From assembly GCA_963696385.1 (NCBI GenBank), contig CAVOKF010000001.1:320001-384000 (forward strand): a stretch of 64,000 nucleotides of DNA, read 5' to 3'. This DNA is from an uncultured delta proteobacterium (lineage in GTDB: Bacteria > Myxococcota_A > Polyangia > Polyangiales > Polyangiaceae). Numbering within the stretch: the stretch's first letter is position 1; each line of letters opens with the position of its first letter. The translations under genes were made by a program, and so were the position numbers. Shown here piece after piece: positions 21,136-30,816 of the stretch. The notes beneath the pieces were generated by a model. It was not told where the DNA came from. It saw nothing but the letters and a program-made list of their open reading frames with translations, and made no database searches.

Positions 21136-22914
21136 ATGCACCGCTTTCCGAAGGTCACGTTCCTCCTCGTCTGCCTCTCCAGCTTTTCCTGCGCGTCCTC
21201 CTCGAAGCAGCCGCCACTCGCCACACCCGCGCCCAGCGCGGCAGCTTCGGCGCCGACGACGACCGACGCAACCTTCCAAAAAACGGCCGCCGAACTCTAC
21301 CAAGCCTACTTCGACCGCATCCCGGCCGCTCTCTTCAGCGGAACGCTCGGTGTGGCGCTCGGAATGCACCAGTACGACGGAAAGCTGCCCGACGATTCGC
21401 CGGCCGCGCTGCAGAGCCGCGCGGCGTTCCTCACCGAAGCACGCGCTCGACTGGAGAGCTTCCCGGCTCGCGAGTTATCCGAGCAGAGCCGCCTGGAACG
21501 CGACGTCTTCGTGACTCGGCTGCGCGGTGCCATCTTCGACCTGACCGGGCGCCGAATCCCGTGGCGCTCGCCGCTCTATTACTTGGGTGCGCTTTCGCTC
21601 ATCAACTACACGGGCCGCGACTACGCGCCGGTCGACGAGCGGGCCCGCGCTGTCGTTGCGATCTGCCGAGCGTCCGGCGGCTACCTCGCGATCGCGCGCA
21701 CGAACCTCGAAGCCAAGCTGCCGCGGGCCGTGCTCGGCTTCGCCATTCAGATGATCGGCGGCCAGCTGGCGTTCATCCAGAAGGACGTGGCGGAGGACCT
21801 GTCGGGTGTCGCCGATCCGAAATTGAAGACCGACCTGGCGACCGCGCTAGCCGAGCTGGGCCTGCGGCTGGGCGCTTTCCGCGACGACCTCAAAAGTCGG
21901 CTTCCCGAGGGAACCGACGACTTCGCTCTCGGCCCTGAAACCTTTCTTCGCATGTTGCAGGAGACCGAGGGGGTCCAGATCGAGCTCGCGACGCTCGAAA
22001 GCGTCGGTCGTGCCGATCTTCAGCGTAACCAGCGCGCGCTCGAGGCGGCCGCTCACGCGTTTGCCCCTGGTCAGACGCTGTCCGACGCCTTGGCCGCGGC
22101 TACCGCCGATCGGCCACCCGCCGACGAGGTCGTCGCGCTCGGACGACGGCAGGTGGTGTCGCTGCGCGCGTTTCTCGAAAACCATCCGATCGTGACCATT
22201 CCTTCGAACGAGCAGGCCGAAGTGCGCGAGTCGCCCCCTTTCATGCGCGTGAACTTCGCGTCGATCAATCAGCCCGGTGTGTTCGAGAGTCGTCCGCTGC
22301 CAAGCTTCTACTTCATCTCCCCACCCGACCCCAAGTGGTCTGAAGCGGAGCAACGCGCCTACATCCCTTCACGCGAAGGGCTCTTGTTCACGACGATTCA
22401 CGAGGTGTGGCCGGGGCACTTCCTCGATCGTTTGCAGCGCGTGCGCCTCGGGTCGCGGATCATCCAATCGTTCGGCTCCTACGCGAGCAACGAAGGCTGG
22501 GCGCATTATGTCGAAGAGATGATGTGGGACGAAGGCGTTGCGGGCACCGATCCGCGCGCACACATTGCCCAGCTCCTGCAAGCGCTCATGCGCGACGGGC
22601 GGTTTCTATCGGCCATCGGCTTGCACACGCGCGGCATGACCGTGGCCGAGTCACAAAAGCTATTCGTCGAGCAGGCCTACCAAGACGTGGGCACAGCGCG
22701 GCAGCAATCGGCGCGCGGCACCCTCGATCCGATGTACCTCAACTACACCCTCGGCAAGCTGATGATCCTGAAACTGCGTGCCGACTGGCGTGCGAAAGTG
22801 GGTGCGGCCTTCGACTTGCGCGCGTTCCACGATCGGCTCCTCAGCTATGGCGACGCACCGCTGCCCCTCATCCGCCGCGCGATGCTGGGTGACGATAGTG
22901 GTTCGCCGCTCTAA
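21136..22914 (+). CDS. DUF885 family lipoprotein (putative metallopeptidase)
   Basis: HEVWPGHF, NEGWAHYVE, YLNYTLGKLMILKLR, FHDRLL. Confidence 0.92.
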   Translation: MHRFPKVTFLLVCLSSFSCASSSKQPPLATPAPSAAASAPTTTDATFQKTAAELYQAYFDRIPAALFSGTLGVALGMHQYDGKLPDDSPAALQSRAAFLTEARARLESFPARELSEQSRLERDVFVTRLRGAIFDLTGRRIPWRSPLYYLGALSLINYTGRDYAPVDERARAVVAICRASGGYLAIARTNLEAKLPRAVLGFAIQMIGGQLAFIQKDVAEDLSGVADPKLKTDLATALAELGLRLGAFRDDLKSRLPEGTDDFALGPETFLRMLQETEGVQIELATLESVGRADLQRNQRALEAAAHAFAPGQTLSDALAAATADRPPADEVVALGRRQVVSLRAFLENHPIVTIPSNEQAEVRESPPFMRVNFASINQPGVFESRPLPSFYFISPPDPKWSEAEQRAYIPSREGLLFTTIHEVWPGHFLDRLQRVRLGSRIIQSFGSYASNEGWAHYVEEMMWDEGVAGTDPRAHIAQLLQALMRDGRFLSAIGLHTRGMTVAESQKLFVEQAYQDVGTARQQSARGTLDPMYLNYTLGKLMILKLRADWRAKVGAAFDLRAFHDRLLSYGDAPLPLIRRAMLGDDSGSPL

Positions 22915-23374
22915 CGCGACGGCTGTGGAGCGGCGAGTGGTAAGCCCAGCGCATCGGCTGACGAAGAGACCGGGAAACCGCCGCGGTCACATAAATCCCT
23001 TATGGGCATTCGTCGTCCGTGCAACGGCGAACCGATTGCGGTGGAACCTGGGCGTGCCGGAAGGGAGAGCCCTTCAGCGCTTCGCCACGAAGTCTCGAGC
23101 GTCCATCCCGATGTCTTGGACAATGGCGCGGAGAAGCGCGGCGGCAAATGTCGCGCCCCGGATGAAAGGGTACGGTCGTAGCCCGACCATCGGAGTGGCG
23201 ATATTGGCGATGCGACCCGCGTCTTGGGGGGGGCTCCGGCTTCGCCTCGTGCGCCGGTACGGGAGAGGCCTGGGCGCTGTACTGCACGAAGTGACCGCCG
23301 TTCGAGCGGCGTGGATTGGCGCGCCGTAACTGGGGCCGAGGCAATCCCAGAAGCCGCCGGTCTTAACGATTTCA

Positions 23375-23401
23375 GCACGCCCGGCAGGACTCGAACCTGC
23401 G
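23375..23401 (-). other. Isolated tRNA 3' fragment (T-arm + acceptor 3' strand, Arg-like); att-site-like scar
   Basis: Minus strand CGCAGGTTCGAGTCCTGCCGGGCGTGC; no D-arm, anticodon arm or complementary 5' acceptor upstream. Confidence 0.7.
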
Positions 23402-23642
23402 CCCCGTTGCGGTGAGCCTCGATCGGCATGGGACGTATCCGTACAGTCCTCGCAGTACAGCGTCGCCGTGCCGGCGGACCCATCCGACCGCTCCCCATCG
23501 AGCTCCTCCCGCTCCGCCGGATCGTCTCCAGCTGGGCTCGGCGACGCGCGCGGGGCCCGTGCGGCTCGCTCACTGGCGAGCTGGCGCGCATCCTGGCGCG
23601 TGGGAGCTCTGAGACGATTCCTCTTCGCCGGACGGCGTCTTG

Positions 23643-25175
23643 TCAGCTACCGCTGGCGTGATGGTCGCGGCGCGCGAACCATCTCGCTGCAGCTCGCATG
23701 ACGTCCTTCGCACTAGGAGTCGTCTCGCTCGCCCATGCCACGAACCCATCGGGACGCACGAGCACGGCGCGGAGGCCAAGGCGATCCTTGGTGTCGCTCG
23801 CCAGGTACCTGACGCGGTCGCCCCAGAGCCCATCGAGCGCGGCCAGCGATGCTTCCCCACCGAAGTCGAGCAACAACCCGTGGCCATCACGGAGCAGCGT
23901 GCCGACCCGCGTCCCGTTCTCAAGCTCGAAGTCCGGGCAACTGCGGCCCACGAGCGGGTGCTCGTCGCCGAGGTCGTAGCGGAGGGATACACCCCAGACG
24001 CGCTCCGCGAAGTAGGTCGCGCCGTCGCCCGTGTCGATCAGGTCGCGGACGACGGCGTGGAGCGCGCGGGAGCTCGGTCGCATCAGCGCGACCTGGGCCC
24101 GTGTCCAGTCGAGGGTGCGTGCCCCGATCGGATGCCGCTCCGCGGTGTAGCTGTCGAGCAAGCCATCGGGGGCATCCCCCCGAAGGGTCGCAGCGAGCTT
24201 CCACCCGAGGTTCATGGCGTCTCCGAGCCCGAGGTTCAAGCCTTGTCCGCCTAGCGGTGAATGAATGTGCGCGGCGTCGCCCGCCAAGAGCACGCTTCCC
24301 TTGCGGTAAGTCGTTGCTTGGTGCGAGCGGTCGGTCCACGTCGAGACGAGGTGCAACGCAGTGAGGGTCACGTCCGTGTTGGACACGCGCCGCAGCACGG
24401 CTTGCACGTGTTCGCACGAGATCGGCTCTGCGCGATGGGAGGCCCCGCCGTCGAAGTCGGCAAACGCGAGAAAACCTGGTTGCGCTTGCGTGTAGTTGCC
24501 AGTCGGTGTGGCTTGCCGGCCCATGCGGAGCTTCTCCGGGTCGGCGATGTCGACGTGGACCGAGTATCCCGTGAACTCGGGATCGGTGCCGACGAAGTCG
24601 AAGCCGCCCAGCTTGCGGACGGTGCTGCGGCCGCCATCGCAACCCACGAGAAATCGCGCGCGAAAGCGCTCTTCGCCAGCATGGACGGTGACTTCATCGT
24701 TCGAAGTCTCGAAACCGTCGACGCCGCGGCCGCGCTGGATCTCGACGCCGGCGGAGATCGCGTGAGCGGAGAGCACGCCTTCGATCTGCTCCATCGCGCT
24801 CCCGAGCTGGATGGAGGACGGGCCCGGCAGTCGATACGTCCACCGCGTCGCGTCGATGAGGCCGTGGTCGAACTGGATGCCCGCGAAGTGGCCGGCCGGC
24901 CCGCGCTGCGCTGCCCCGGGCGTCGGCTGGCTCGACTGGCCGGGCGCACCCGCGGGACGCGATTCGGCCGCAATCCGTTCCAGAAGCCCGCGCCGGTAGA
25001 AAGCTTCGATGCTTGGGCCCCAGAGCCCTCGCAGTCCAAACGGAAGCCGCTTGAGCGGCGACCGCGGATCCTCCGATTGTTCGAGCACCAGCACGGAGAG
25101 CTTCGCGAGCCGCAGCGCGCAGGCGAGGAACAGCCCGACGGGGCCGGCCCCTGCGATGATTACGTCGTAGACCAT
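23643..25175 (-). CDS. FAD-dependent monooxygenase (FAD_binding_3 / aromatic hydroxylase family)
   Basis: GAGPVG, VGCDGGRSTVR, LAGDAAHIHSPLGGQGLN, LVRPDG. Confidence 0.93.
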   Translation of the reverse strand: MVYDVIIAGAGPVGLFLACALRLAKLSVLVLEQSEDPRSPLKRLPFGLRGLWGPSIEAFYRRGLLERIAAESRPAGAPGQSSQPTPGAAQRGPAGHFAGIQFDHGLIDATRWTYRLPGPSSIQLGSAMEQIEGVLSAHAISAGVEIQRGRGVDGFETSNDEVTVHAGEERFRARFLVGCDGGRSTVRKLGGFDFVGTDPEFTGYSVHVDIADPEKLRMGRQATPTGNYTQAQPGFLAFADFDGGASHRAEPISCEHVQAVLRRVSNTDVTLTALHLVSTWTDRSHQATTYRKGSVLLAGDAAHIHSPLGGQGLNLGLGDAMNLGWKLAATLRGDAPDGLLDSYTAERHPIGARTLDWTRAQVALMRPSSRALHAVVRDLIDTGDGATYFAERVWGVSLRYDLGDEHPLVGRSCPDFELENGTRVGTLLRDGHGLLLDFGGEASLAALDGLWGDRVRYLASDTKDRLGLRAVLVRPDGFVAWASETTPSAKDVMRAAARWFARRDHHASGS

Positions 25176-25265
25176 GCCCAGCAACGTACGGTCGGGCGTC
25201 GTTGACCGCATTCTTCATCCCGACAAAGTATTTCGCAAAACGGACATGCCCACGAGACGCGGACC

Positions 25266-25625
25266 TTGAAGGCGAATCCACTGACGGGCTCGACGTTTCG
25301 CGGAGAGATCCACACTGCGCGTGACGCCCGCGGCGAAACGGTGCCGCGCGAAGCGTTGGCGCGCCACTTCGTGCTCGAGGCGAGCGGGCGAGTGAAGACC
25401 GTGGTCGCGCGCCGCGCACACGCCGTGGGTCTCATCATCGCGAGCGGTGGCCTCGAGAGCCAGCCGCACGCCCATCGCGAGGCCCAGGTCATGGTTCTCG
25501 TCCGCGGCGAGCTCACGTGCGAGTCGGCCGGCGCGCTCTGGATCGTGCCGCCGAACTCGGCGCTCTGGATCCCCCCGTCGGTCACCCATCGCATCCGGGC
25601 GCGGGCGCCGCTCGAGGGCTACGAA
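25266..25625 (+). pseudogene. AraC-family regulator, cupin part only
   Basis: PHAHREAQ...LWIVPPNSALWIPPSVTHRI; no HTH domain before the convergent gene. Confidence 0.7.
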
Positions 25626-25684
25626 AAGGGCGAGAATGGGCGCTCGAAGCGTCGAAAACGAAGTGGCGTCAGGCGATTGCAGCG

Positions 25685-25951
25685 CTACTTCAACTGACTG
25701 TCTTTGCTGCCCCGGCGGTTATAGAGGCTCTGGTGCACATCAAGCCGGTCCGCCTCGGATTGGCACGGGACGCACCTCCGGACGCCTGGCAATGCTTGGC
25801 GCCGCGCTTCGGGGATCGGCTCGCCGCACTCCTCACAGGCGAGGAGGCTCTCTCCCTGCGCGAGCCGGCTCCGCGTCCGTTTGACAGCGCTATCGACCGT
25901 CGCGTCGATTTGATCTTGCACCGCACCGTCCTGCGCCCAACCGACCGCCAT
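25685..25951 (-). CDS. ybiI: DksA/TraR C4-type zinc finger protein (YbiI-like)
   Basis: MAVGWAQDGAVQDQID...CEECGEPIPEARRQALPGVRRCVPCQ...NRRGSKDSQLK. Confidence 0.92.
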   Translation of the reverse strand: MAVGWAQDGAVQDQIDATVDSAVKRTRSRLAQGESLLACEECGEPIPEARRQALPGVRRCVPCQSEADRLDVHQSLYNRRGSKDSQLK

Positions 25952-26132
25952 GGACAAAACATAGGGCAAGGACGGACGGTGTCGAGGCGTCGCCGGAGCG
26001 GCGGCTTGCTCCGCGGCGTTCAGCCGGCGCTGAGCTGTCCGATGTCGGCGCTCAGCGCTCGGGGAGCCGAGCGCGGCGGCATTGGATGTCGACTTCGCCA
26101 TGGTGACCGAAGGATTTCGCAGTGCGGGGCCT

Positions 26133-26783
26133 TCAAGTCTTTGCCAGGGCCGCGATGTCCGGGACCTCGACCACGCTCTTCGGCGCTCCGGAGAGCACGC
26201 ACCGGATCATCGCCTTGCCCACTTCGTTCAGCGTGAGCGTCGGGAAGAACAGCGCCATGACGGGGAGGAGCGGCAGCATCACGCGGTAGCTTCGTTTGAG
26301 GTTCTTCTGCCCAGGCACGGGCTTCATCAGACCGGGGCGGAAGTTGTAGACCGCGCGGAAACCGAGCCGCATCAGCGTGTTCTCCGCCTTGCCCTTCACG
26401 CGCGTCCACATGACCTTGCCCTGCTCGGTGCCGTCCGTGCCCGCGCCCGTGACGTGTACGAGAACCATGTCCGGGTTGAGCCGGGCAAGCGTGGTCGCGA
26501 AGGCCACCGGAGTGTCATACGCCGCGACGGTGTAATCGGCCTCGCTCATTCCCACCGAGCTGACCCCGGCGCAGTAGAAGCAGGCGTCGTACCCGGCGAG
26601 CCGCGCCTCGACGGCCCCCAGCTCACGGAAGTCGGCGACCAAGCACTCCTCGAGCTTCAGGTGCGTGTGCCCGCACGGCTTGCGCGCCACCGAAAGGACG
26701 CGCTCGACGACGGGGTTCGCGAGGCACTCCAGGAGCACACCTTCGCCGACCATGCCGGTGGCGCCGGTAACGATGACCTTCAT
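26133..26783 (-). CDS. NAD(P)-binding Rossmann protein (epimerase / atypical SDR)
   Basis: MKVIVTGATGMVGEGVL, YDACFYCAGVSS, RVKGKAEN. Confidence 0.9.
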   Translation of the reverse strand: MKVIVTGATGMVGEGVLLECLANPVVERVLSVARKPCGHTHLKLEECLVADFRELGAVEARLAGYDACFYCAGVSSVGMSEADYTVAAYDTPVAFATTLARLNPDMVLVHVTGAGTDGTEQGKVMWTRVKGKAENTLMRLGFRAVYNFRPGLMKPVPGQKNLKRSYRVMLPLLPVMALFFPTLTLNEVGKAMIRCVLSGAPKSVVEVPDIAALAKT

Positions 26784-26961
26784 GCCGGAGAGCATCGGCC
26801 TGCCGCACGGTCGCCGCAAGCCGCGGAACGATGCGCAGAACACGGCATGGCTTCGGCCGCGACTCGCGGGGACATCGTGTGCACGTCCGATGTTGGCGAC
26901 GGACTGATCGGCTGCTTGTCAGTCGTAGCTTCGTGTCCCCAAGAAGCCGCCGAAGTCTCAG

Positions 26962-27867
26962 TCATCTCAGGGCCCGCACGGCGAGCTCTTTCGCGGCATC
27001 GACGAACAGACGAAGCGACGCGGACCGCCGTGCGACGCTTGGGAAGTAGAGGAAGAAGCCAGGAACCGTCGGGGCGTACCGCTCGAGAACCACCTTCAGC
27101 CGCTGGGTGCGTAGTGGCTCGATGACCATCGGCTCCAAGGCGTACACGAGCCCCAAGTCCTGTTCGGCGAGAAAGGCGTTGAGGCGCGCGTCGCCGCTGA
27201 CAACGCCTCCGCGAACAGCCACGCGCCAGTTCCGGCGCCCGCGCTCCAGCTCCCAGGCGTAGAGCGCTCCCGATGTCTGTCGGAAGGTGATGCATTCGTG
27301 GCGCAGGAGGTCCTCGGGGCGCTGCGGCGTACCGTGGCGCGCGAGGTAGCCAGGGGAGCCCACGACGACGAACCGAAAGGCATCGGTCAGGCGCACCTGC
27401 ACCATGTCGCGCTCGATGGCCTCGCTCAGTCGGACCCCCGCGTCGTACCCCTCCGCGACGATGTCCACGAAGCGGTCCTCGATGACGACCTCGACCTCGA
27501 CCCGCGGGTGACGCGCGCGAAACTTGGGAATCACCGGATCGATCACGAACGGTACCGCCGCTCGCGGCACCGACAGCCGCAGTCGACCCACCGTCTCTCC
27601 CGGCTGTGCGGAGACTTCGGCGAGGGCGGCCACCACTTGTCCCACCGATGGCCCCGCGCCATCGACGAGGCGCCTGCCCGCATCCGTCAGCGACACGCTA
27701 CGGGTCGTGCGGGCAAGCAGGACCACGCGAAGCTGCTCCTCGAGCTGCCGCACCGACTGGCTCACGGCGGACCTCGAAACGCCGAGCTCCCGCGCCGCGC
27801 CGCTGAAGCTGCGATGGCGCGCCACGGCGAGGAACGACTGGAGCTGCGGGAACGGAGCCGTGCTCAT
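26962..27867 (-). CDS. LysR-family transcriptional regulator
   Basis: SFSGAARELGVSRSAVSQ..RTTRSVSLTDAG; DIVAEGYDAGVR. Confidence 0.95.
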   Translation of the reverse strand: MSTAPFPQLQSFLAVARHRSFSGAARELGVSRSAVSQSVRQLEEQLRVVLLARTTRSVSLTDAGRRLVDGAGPSVGQVVAALAEVSAQPGETVGRLRLSVPRAAVPFVIDPVIPKFRARHPRVEVEVVIEDRFVDIVAEGYDAGVRLSEAIERDMVQVRLTDAFRFVVVGSPGYLARHGTPQRPEDLLRHECITFRQTSGALYAWELERGRRNWRVAVRGGVVSGDARLNAFLAEQDLGLVYALEPMVIEPLRTQRLKVVLERYAPTVPGFFLYFPSVARRSASLRLFVDAAKELAVRALR

Positions 27868-28018
27868 GGGTCGAGAAGGTCGCGAACCGGCGAGGATTGT
27901 CAAGAACTGCTAAACAGCCTGTCGCGTAGGGACCGTCTACCCCGCCGCGGGCGCCGAGCGCATTCTTCGTCGCGTCGGTCCGGTTCGTGCCCCGAAGGCG
28001 CGTGAAGGAGGAGATGCC

Positions 28019-28879
28019 ATGAGCAAGAAGGTCTGGTTCATCACGGGCGCGGGTCGCGGCATGGGCCTCGACTTCGCAAAGGCGGCGCTGGCGGCCAACC
28101 ACGCCGTCGTGGCCACGGGCCGGGACCCCGACCGCGTGTCCAGAGCGCTGGGTCCGTCGAACGATCTGCTAACGGTGAAGCTGGACGTCACGCGTCGCGC
28201 CGATGCCGAAGCGGCGGTGCGCGCCGGCGTCGATCGGTTCGGGCGCATCGACGTGCTGGTCAACAACGCGGCCAGCTTCTACGCCGGTTACTTCGAGGAG
28301 CTGTCGCCGGAGCAGATGGATCGGCAACTGGCGGCGAGCCTCACTGGACCCATGAACGTCACCCGCGCCGTCCTGCCGGTGATGCGCAAGCAGCGCTCGG
28401 GGCACGTCCTCGCGATCTCCTCCTCGGCGGGCCTCACGGGCTTCGAGTTCTGCAGCGCCTACGCGGCGTCAAAGTTCGGCCTCGAGGGCTGGATGGAGTC
28501 GCTCGCGCCCGAGGTCGAGCCGTTCGGCATCGCTACCACTATCGTCAACCCCGGGTTCTTCCGCACGGAGCTCCTCTCGGAGCAATCGACGAGCTACGCC
28601 GAGCCGTCGATCAGCGACTACAGCGAGCGCAGAGCGAAGCAGCTCGAATTCTGGAGAGCCCAGAACGGCAAGCAGGGGGGCGACCCCGCAAAGCTCGCGA
28701 AGGCCCTCATCACCCTTACCGACCAGGAGCGCCCCCCACTGCGCTTCATCGCGGGGGCCGATGCGATCGGGACGGCCGAGCAGACGGTCGCCACGCTTCG
28801 GCAGCAGATCGATGCGTACCGCGGCCTATCCTCCTCGCTCGCGTTCGACGAGGCCATCACTGCCGGCAGCGCGACGTAG
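28019..28879 (+). CDS. Short-chain dehydrogenase/reductase
   Basis: [22 protein letters not shown]; divergent from the LysR gene. Confidence 0.95.
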   Translation: MSKKVWFITGAGRGMGLDFAKAALAANHAVVATGRDPDRVSRALGPSNDLLTVKLDVTRRADAEAAVRAGVDRFGRIDVLVNNAASFYAGYFEELSPEQMDRQLAASLTGPMNVTRAVLPVMRKQRSGHVLAISSSAGLTGFEFCSAYAASKFGLEGWMESLAPEVEPFGIATTIVNPGFFRTELLSEQSTSYAEPSISDYSERRAKQLEFWRAQNGKQGGDPAKLAKALITLTDQERPPLRFIAGADAIGTAEQTVATLRQQIDAYRGLSSSLAFDEAITAGSAT

Positions 28880-28904
28880 TCCGACGAAAGAGCAGGTACG
28901 AAAC

Positions 28905-29130
28905 ATGGATCTCAAGCGAAGCGGCTTGCAGCCGTCCCAGAAGGCGCCTGCCGAGCATTTCACCGGCACCGTTCGCCTCGACCCACTGTTCCAGGCGACC
29001 GCGCCCGGGCGCGTCGGCGGCGCGTACGTGACGTTCGAGCCTTGCGCGCGCAGCGACTGGCACACGCACCCGCTCGGGACAGACGCTCATCGTCACGCTC
29101 GGGTGTGGTCTTCACCAGCGCTGGGCAGGA
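28905..29130 (+). pseudogene. Cupin protein, frameshifted and truncated by a mobile element
   Basis: [12 protein letters not shown]...[17 protein letters not shown], then a shifted frame QTLIVT; stops at the element end at 29131. Confidence 0.8.
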
Positions 29131-29825
29131 CCGCGTGATGTCCGAAAAGCCGTCGCCGCTCTTCACGCAGCCTCGCGACGGTAGAAATTGAGGAGTCCGC
29201 CGAGACGCGATCGACACCCGATCGCGCCAAGCGACGCTTTGTCGTTGCTCGGCGACGGCGTCGGCCTGATGATTTGGCTGCCAAGTCCTTGGTGGTAGCG
29301 CTCGGTGTGGTAATGGGCGGCGAACTCGCGGATCAGATGCCGCAGGTGGCGCTCGCCGAAGATGACGAAGCGGTCCAAGCACTCGCTGCGGATGCTCTTC
29401 ACGAAACGCTCGGCGTGGGGGTTGCAATTTGGACTTCGCGCCGGAATGGGCACGCAGGTCACGCGGCCAGTCTCGAGCAGCGCCGTCCATGCCTCGGTGA
29501 ACACGGGGTCCCGATCGTGGATCAGATGGCTCGCGTTTCGCAGAAATCCGTCTACCGGATCCAGAAGATTGCGGGCAATCTGCTTCATCCAATCGCCGTC
29601 CGGGGCGATGCGGACCCCGGCGATCCGCACGGCGCGGGTCTTGATGCACATGACGAAGAACACCATGGTGCGGACGGTCCCGAACATGCCCAAGACTTCG
29701 ACGCTGAAGAAGTCGCACGCGTACAGCGTCTCCCAGTGGCTTTTGAGGAAGTGCGCCCAGGTCCGTTTGCGATTGCGATCCGGCGCCGGCTCTACGCCGG
29801 CGTCCGCCAGGATCGACGATGGGTT
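29131..29825 (-). mobile_element. 5'-truncated rve/integrase-core transposable element
   Basis: ACDFFSVE, LIHDRD..FT, SPNCNPHAERFVKSIRSECLD, HYHTERYHQGL, RLGGLLNFYRREAA* (stop at 29163); terminus CCGCGTGATGTCCGAAAA. Confidence 0.85.
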
Positions 29826-30135
29826 TCCGGACAGGACGCGTTCCGGAGAGACGAGTCTTTGCGCCACTTTGCTTGACGCTGACGCCGTTACGCGTGATGC
29901 TTTCTCGATGACCGAATCTCGGTCATTTCGATGCTGAGAGATTCGGTAGTGTCCACATGGATGCGATGGGCGCTGTGTGGCGGGCACGCTCTTTTCGTCG
30001 AGGAATATCTCACAGGATCGACCGTTCGAGCCCCCGCTCTGAAGCGTGGCCCATGCGGCGCGGTGTTTCTGGACGAAGCGGTCGCCCGGACGCGTGCGAT
30101 TGGCCAAGAAAGAACGCGTGGCGACCACGGAGTTC

Positions 30136-30665
30136 ATGGCCCCCGAACCCGTCAGCGCATTGCGCATCGTCGAGTGCTCGGCTTCGTCCTACCGGTCGTC
30201 GGGGTCCTCGGCCGACCGACTTGGCCAACCGGCGGGCCGGGGGTTGCTCGTCGACCACGACGATCTCGCGCGAGCAAGCCATGCCAGCATCCTGAGGAGT
30301 GCCGGCTGGCTGGTTGTCGAGAAGCGAGACTCGAAGCAGGCTGCAAGTCCGGACCAAGAAGCTTCGCGAGCTCGGCTTTCGGATCGCGGTCGATGACCTC
30401 GGCGCAGGCTACGCGAGGGCTCTCGCGCTTCACCCTTCTGGAGCCGGACTACGTGAAACTCGACGCGTCCTTAATCCGATCGATCGACGCGTCTCCTCAA
30501 AAGCGGAGCATCGTCCGGGCGATGTTGCAACTGGCCTCCTGCGACCTCGGCGTGGGCCGTCGAGATGCCCCAGGAGCGCGACGCGCTCGTGGCGCTCGCT
30601 GCCGAGATGTTGCAAGGGTTTCTGTTCGCCCCACCAAGCCGGGGCTTCGTGGAACCTGCGTGGTA
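30136..30665 (+). pseudogene. Degraded REC-EAL (c-di-GMP phosphodiesterase) gene
   Basis: Pieces in different frames: LLVDHDD, LRELGFRIAVDDLGAGYA, LEPDYVKLDASLIR, LQGFLFAPP. Confidence 0.8.
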
Positions 30666-30816
30666 GGCTGCCCGCGTCGGCGACTCGCTTGCGCCACGGC
30701 CGGTGGCGATTGGGGCGCCCGATGGGCGCGGCCCCCGGTCGCCGTCGACGGGAGCGCGCCCAGAGCCGTGGCGCGCGTCGGAACGTGGAGCGCTGCGTGC
30801 AGGGAGGGGCGATCCA

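Noticed and set aside
23340..23460. Intact tRNA gene
   Set aside because: Only the T-arm and 3' acceptor strand are present.
23643..25175. Calling the monooxygenase an antibiotic-resistance gene (rox/tetX)
   Set aside because: Family motifs alone do not give the substrate.
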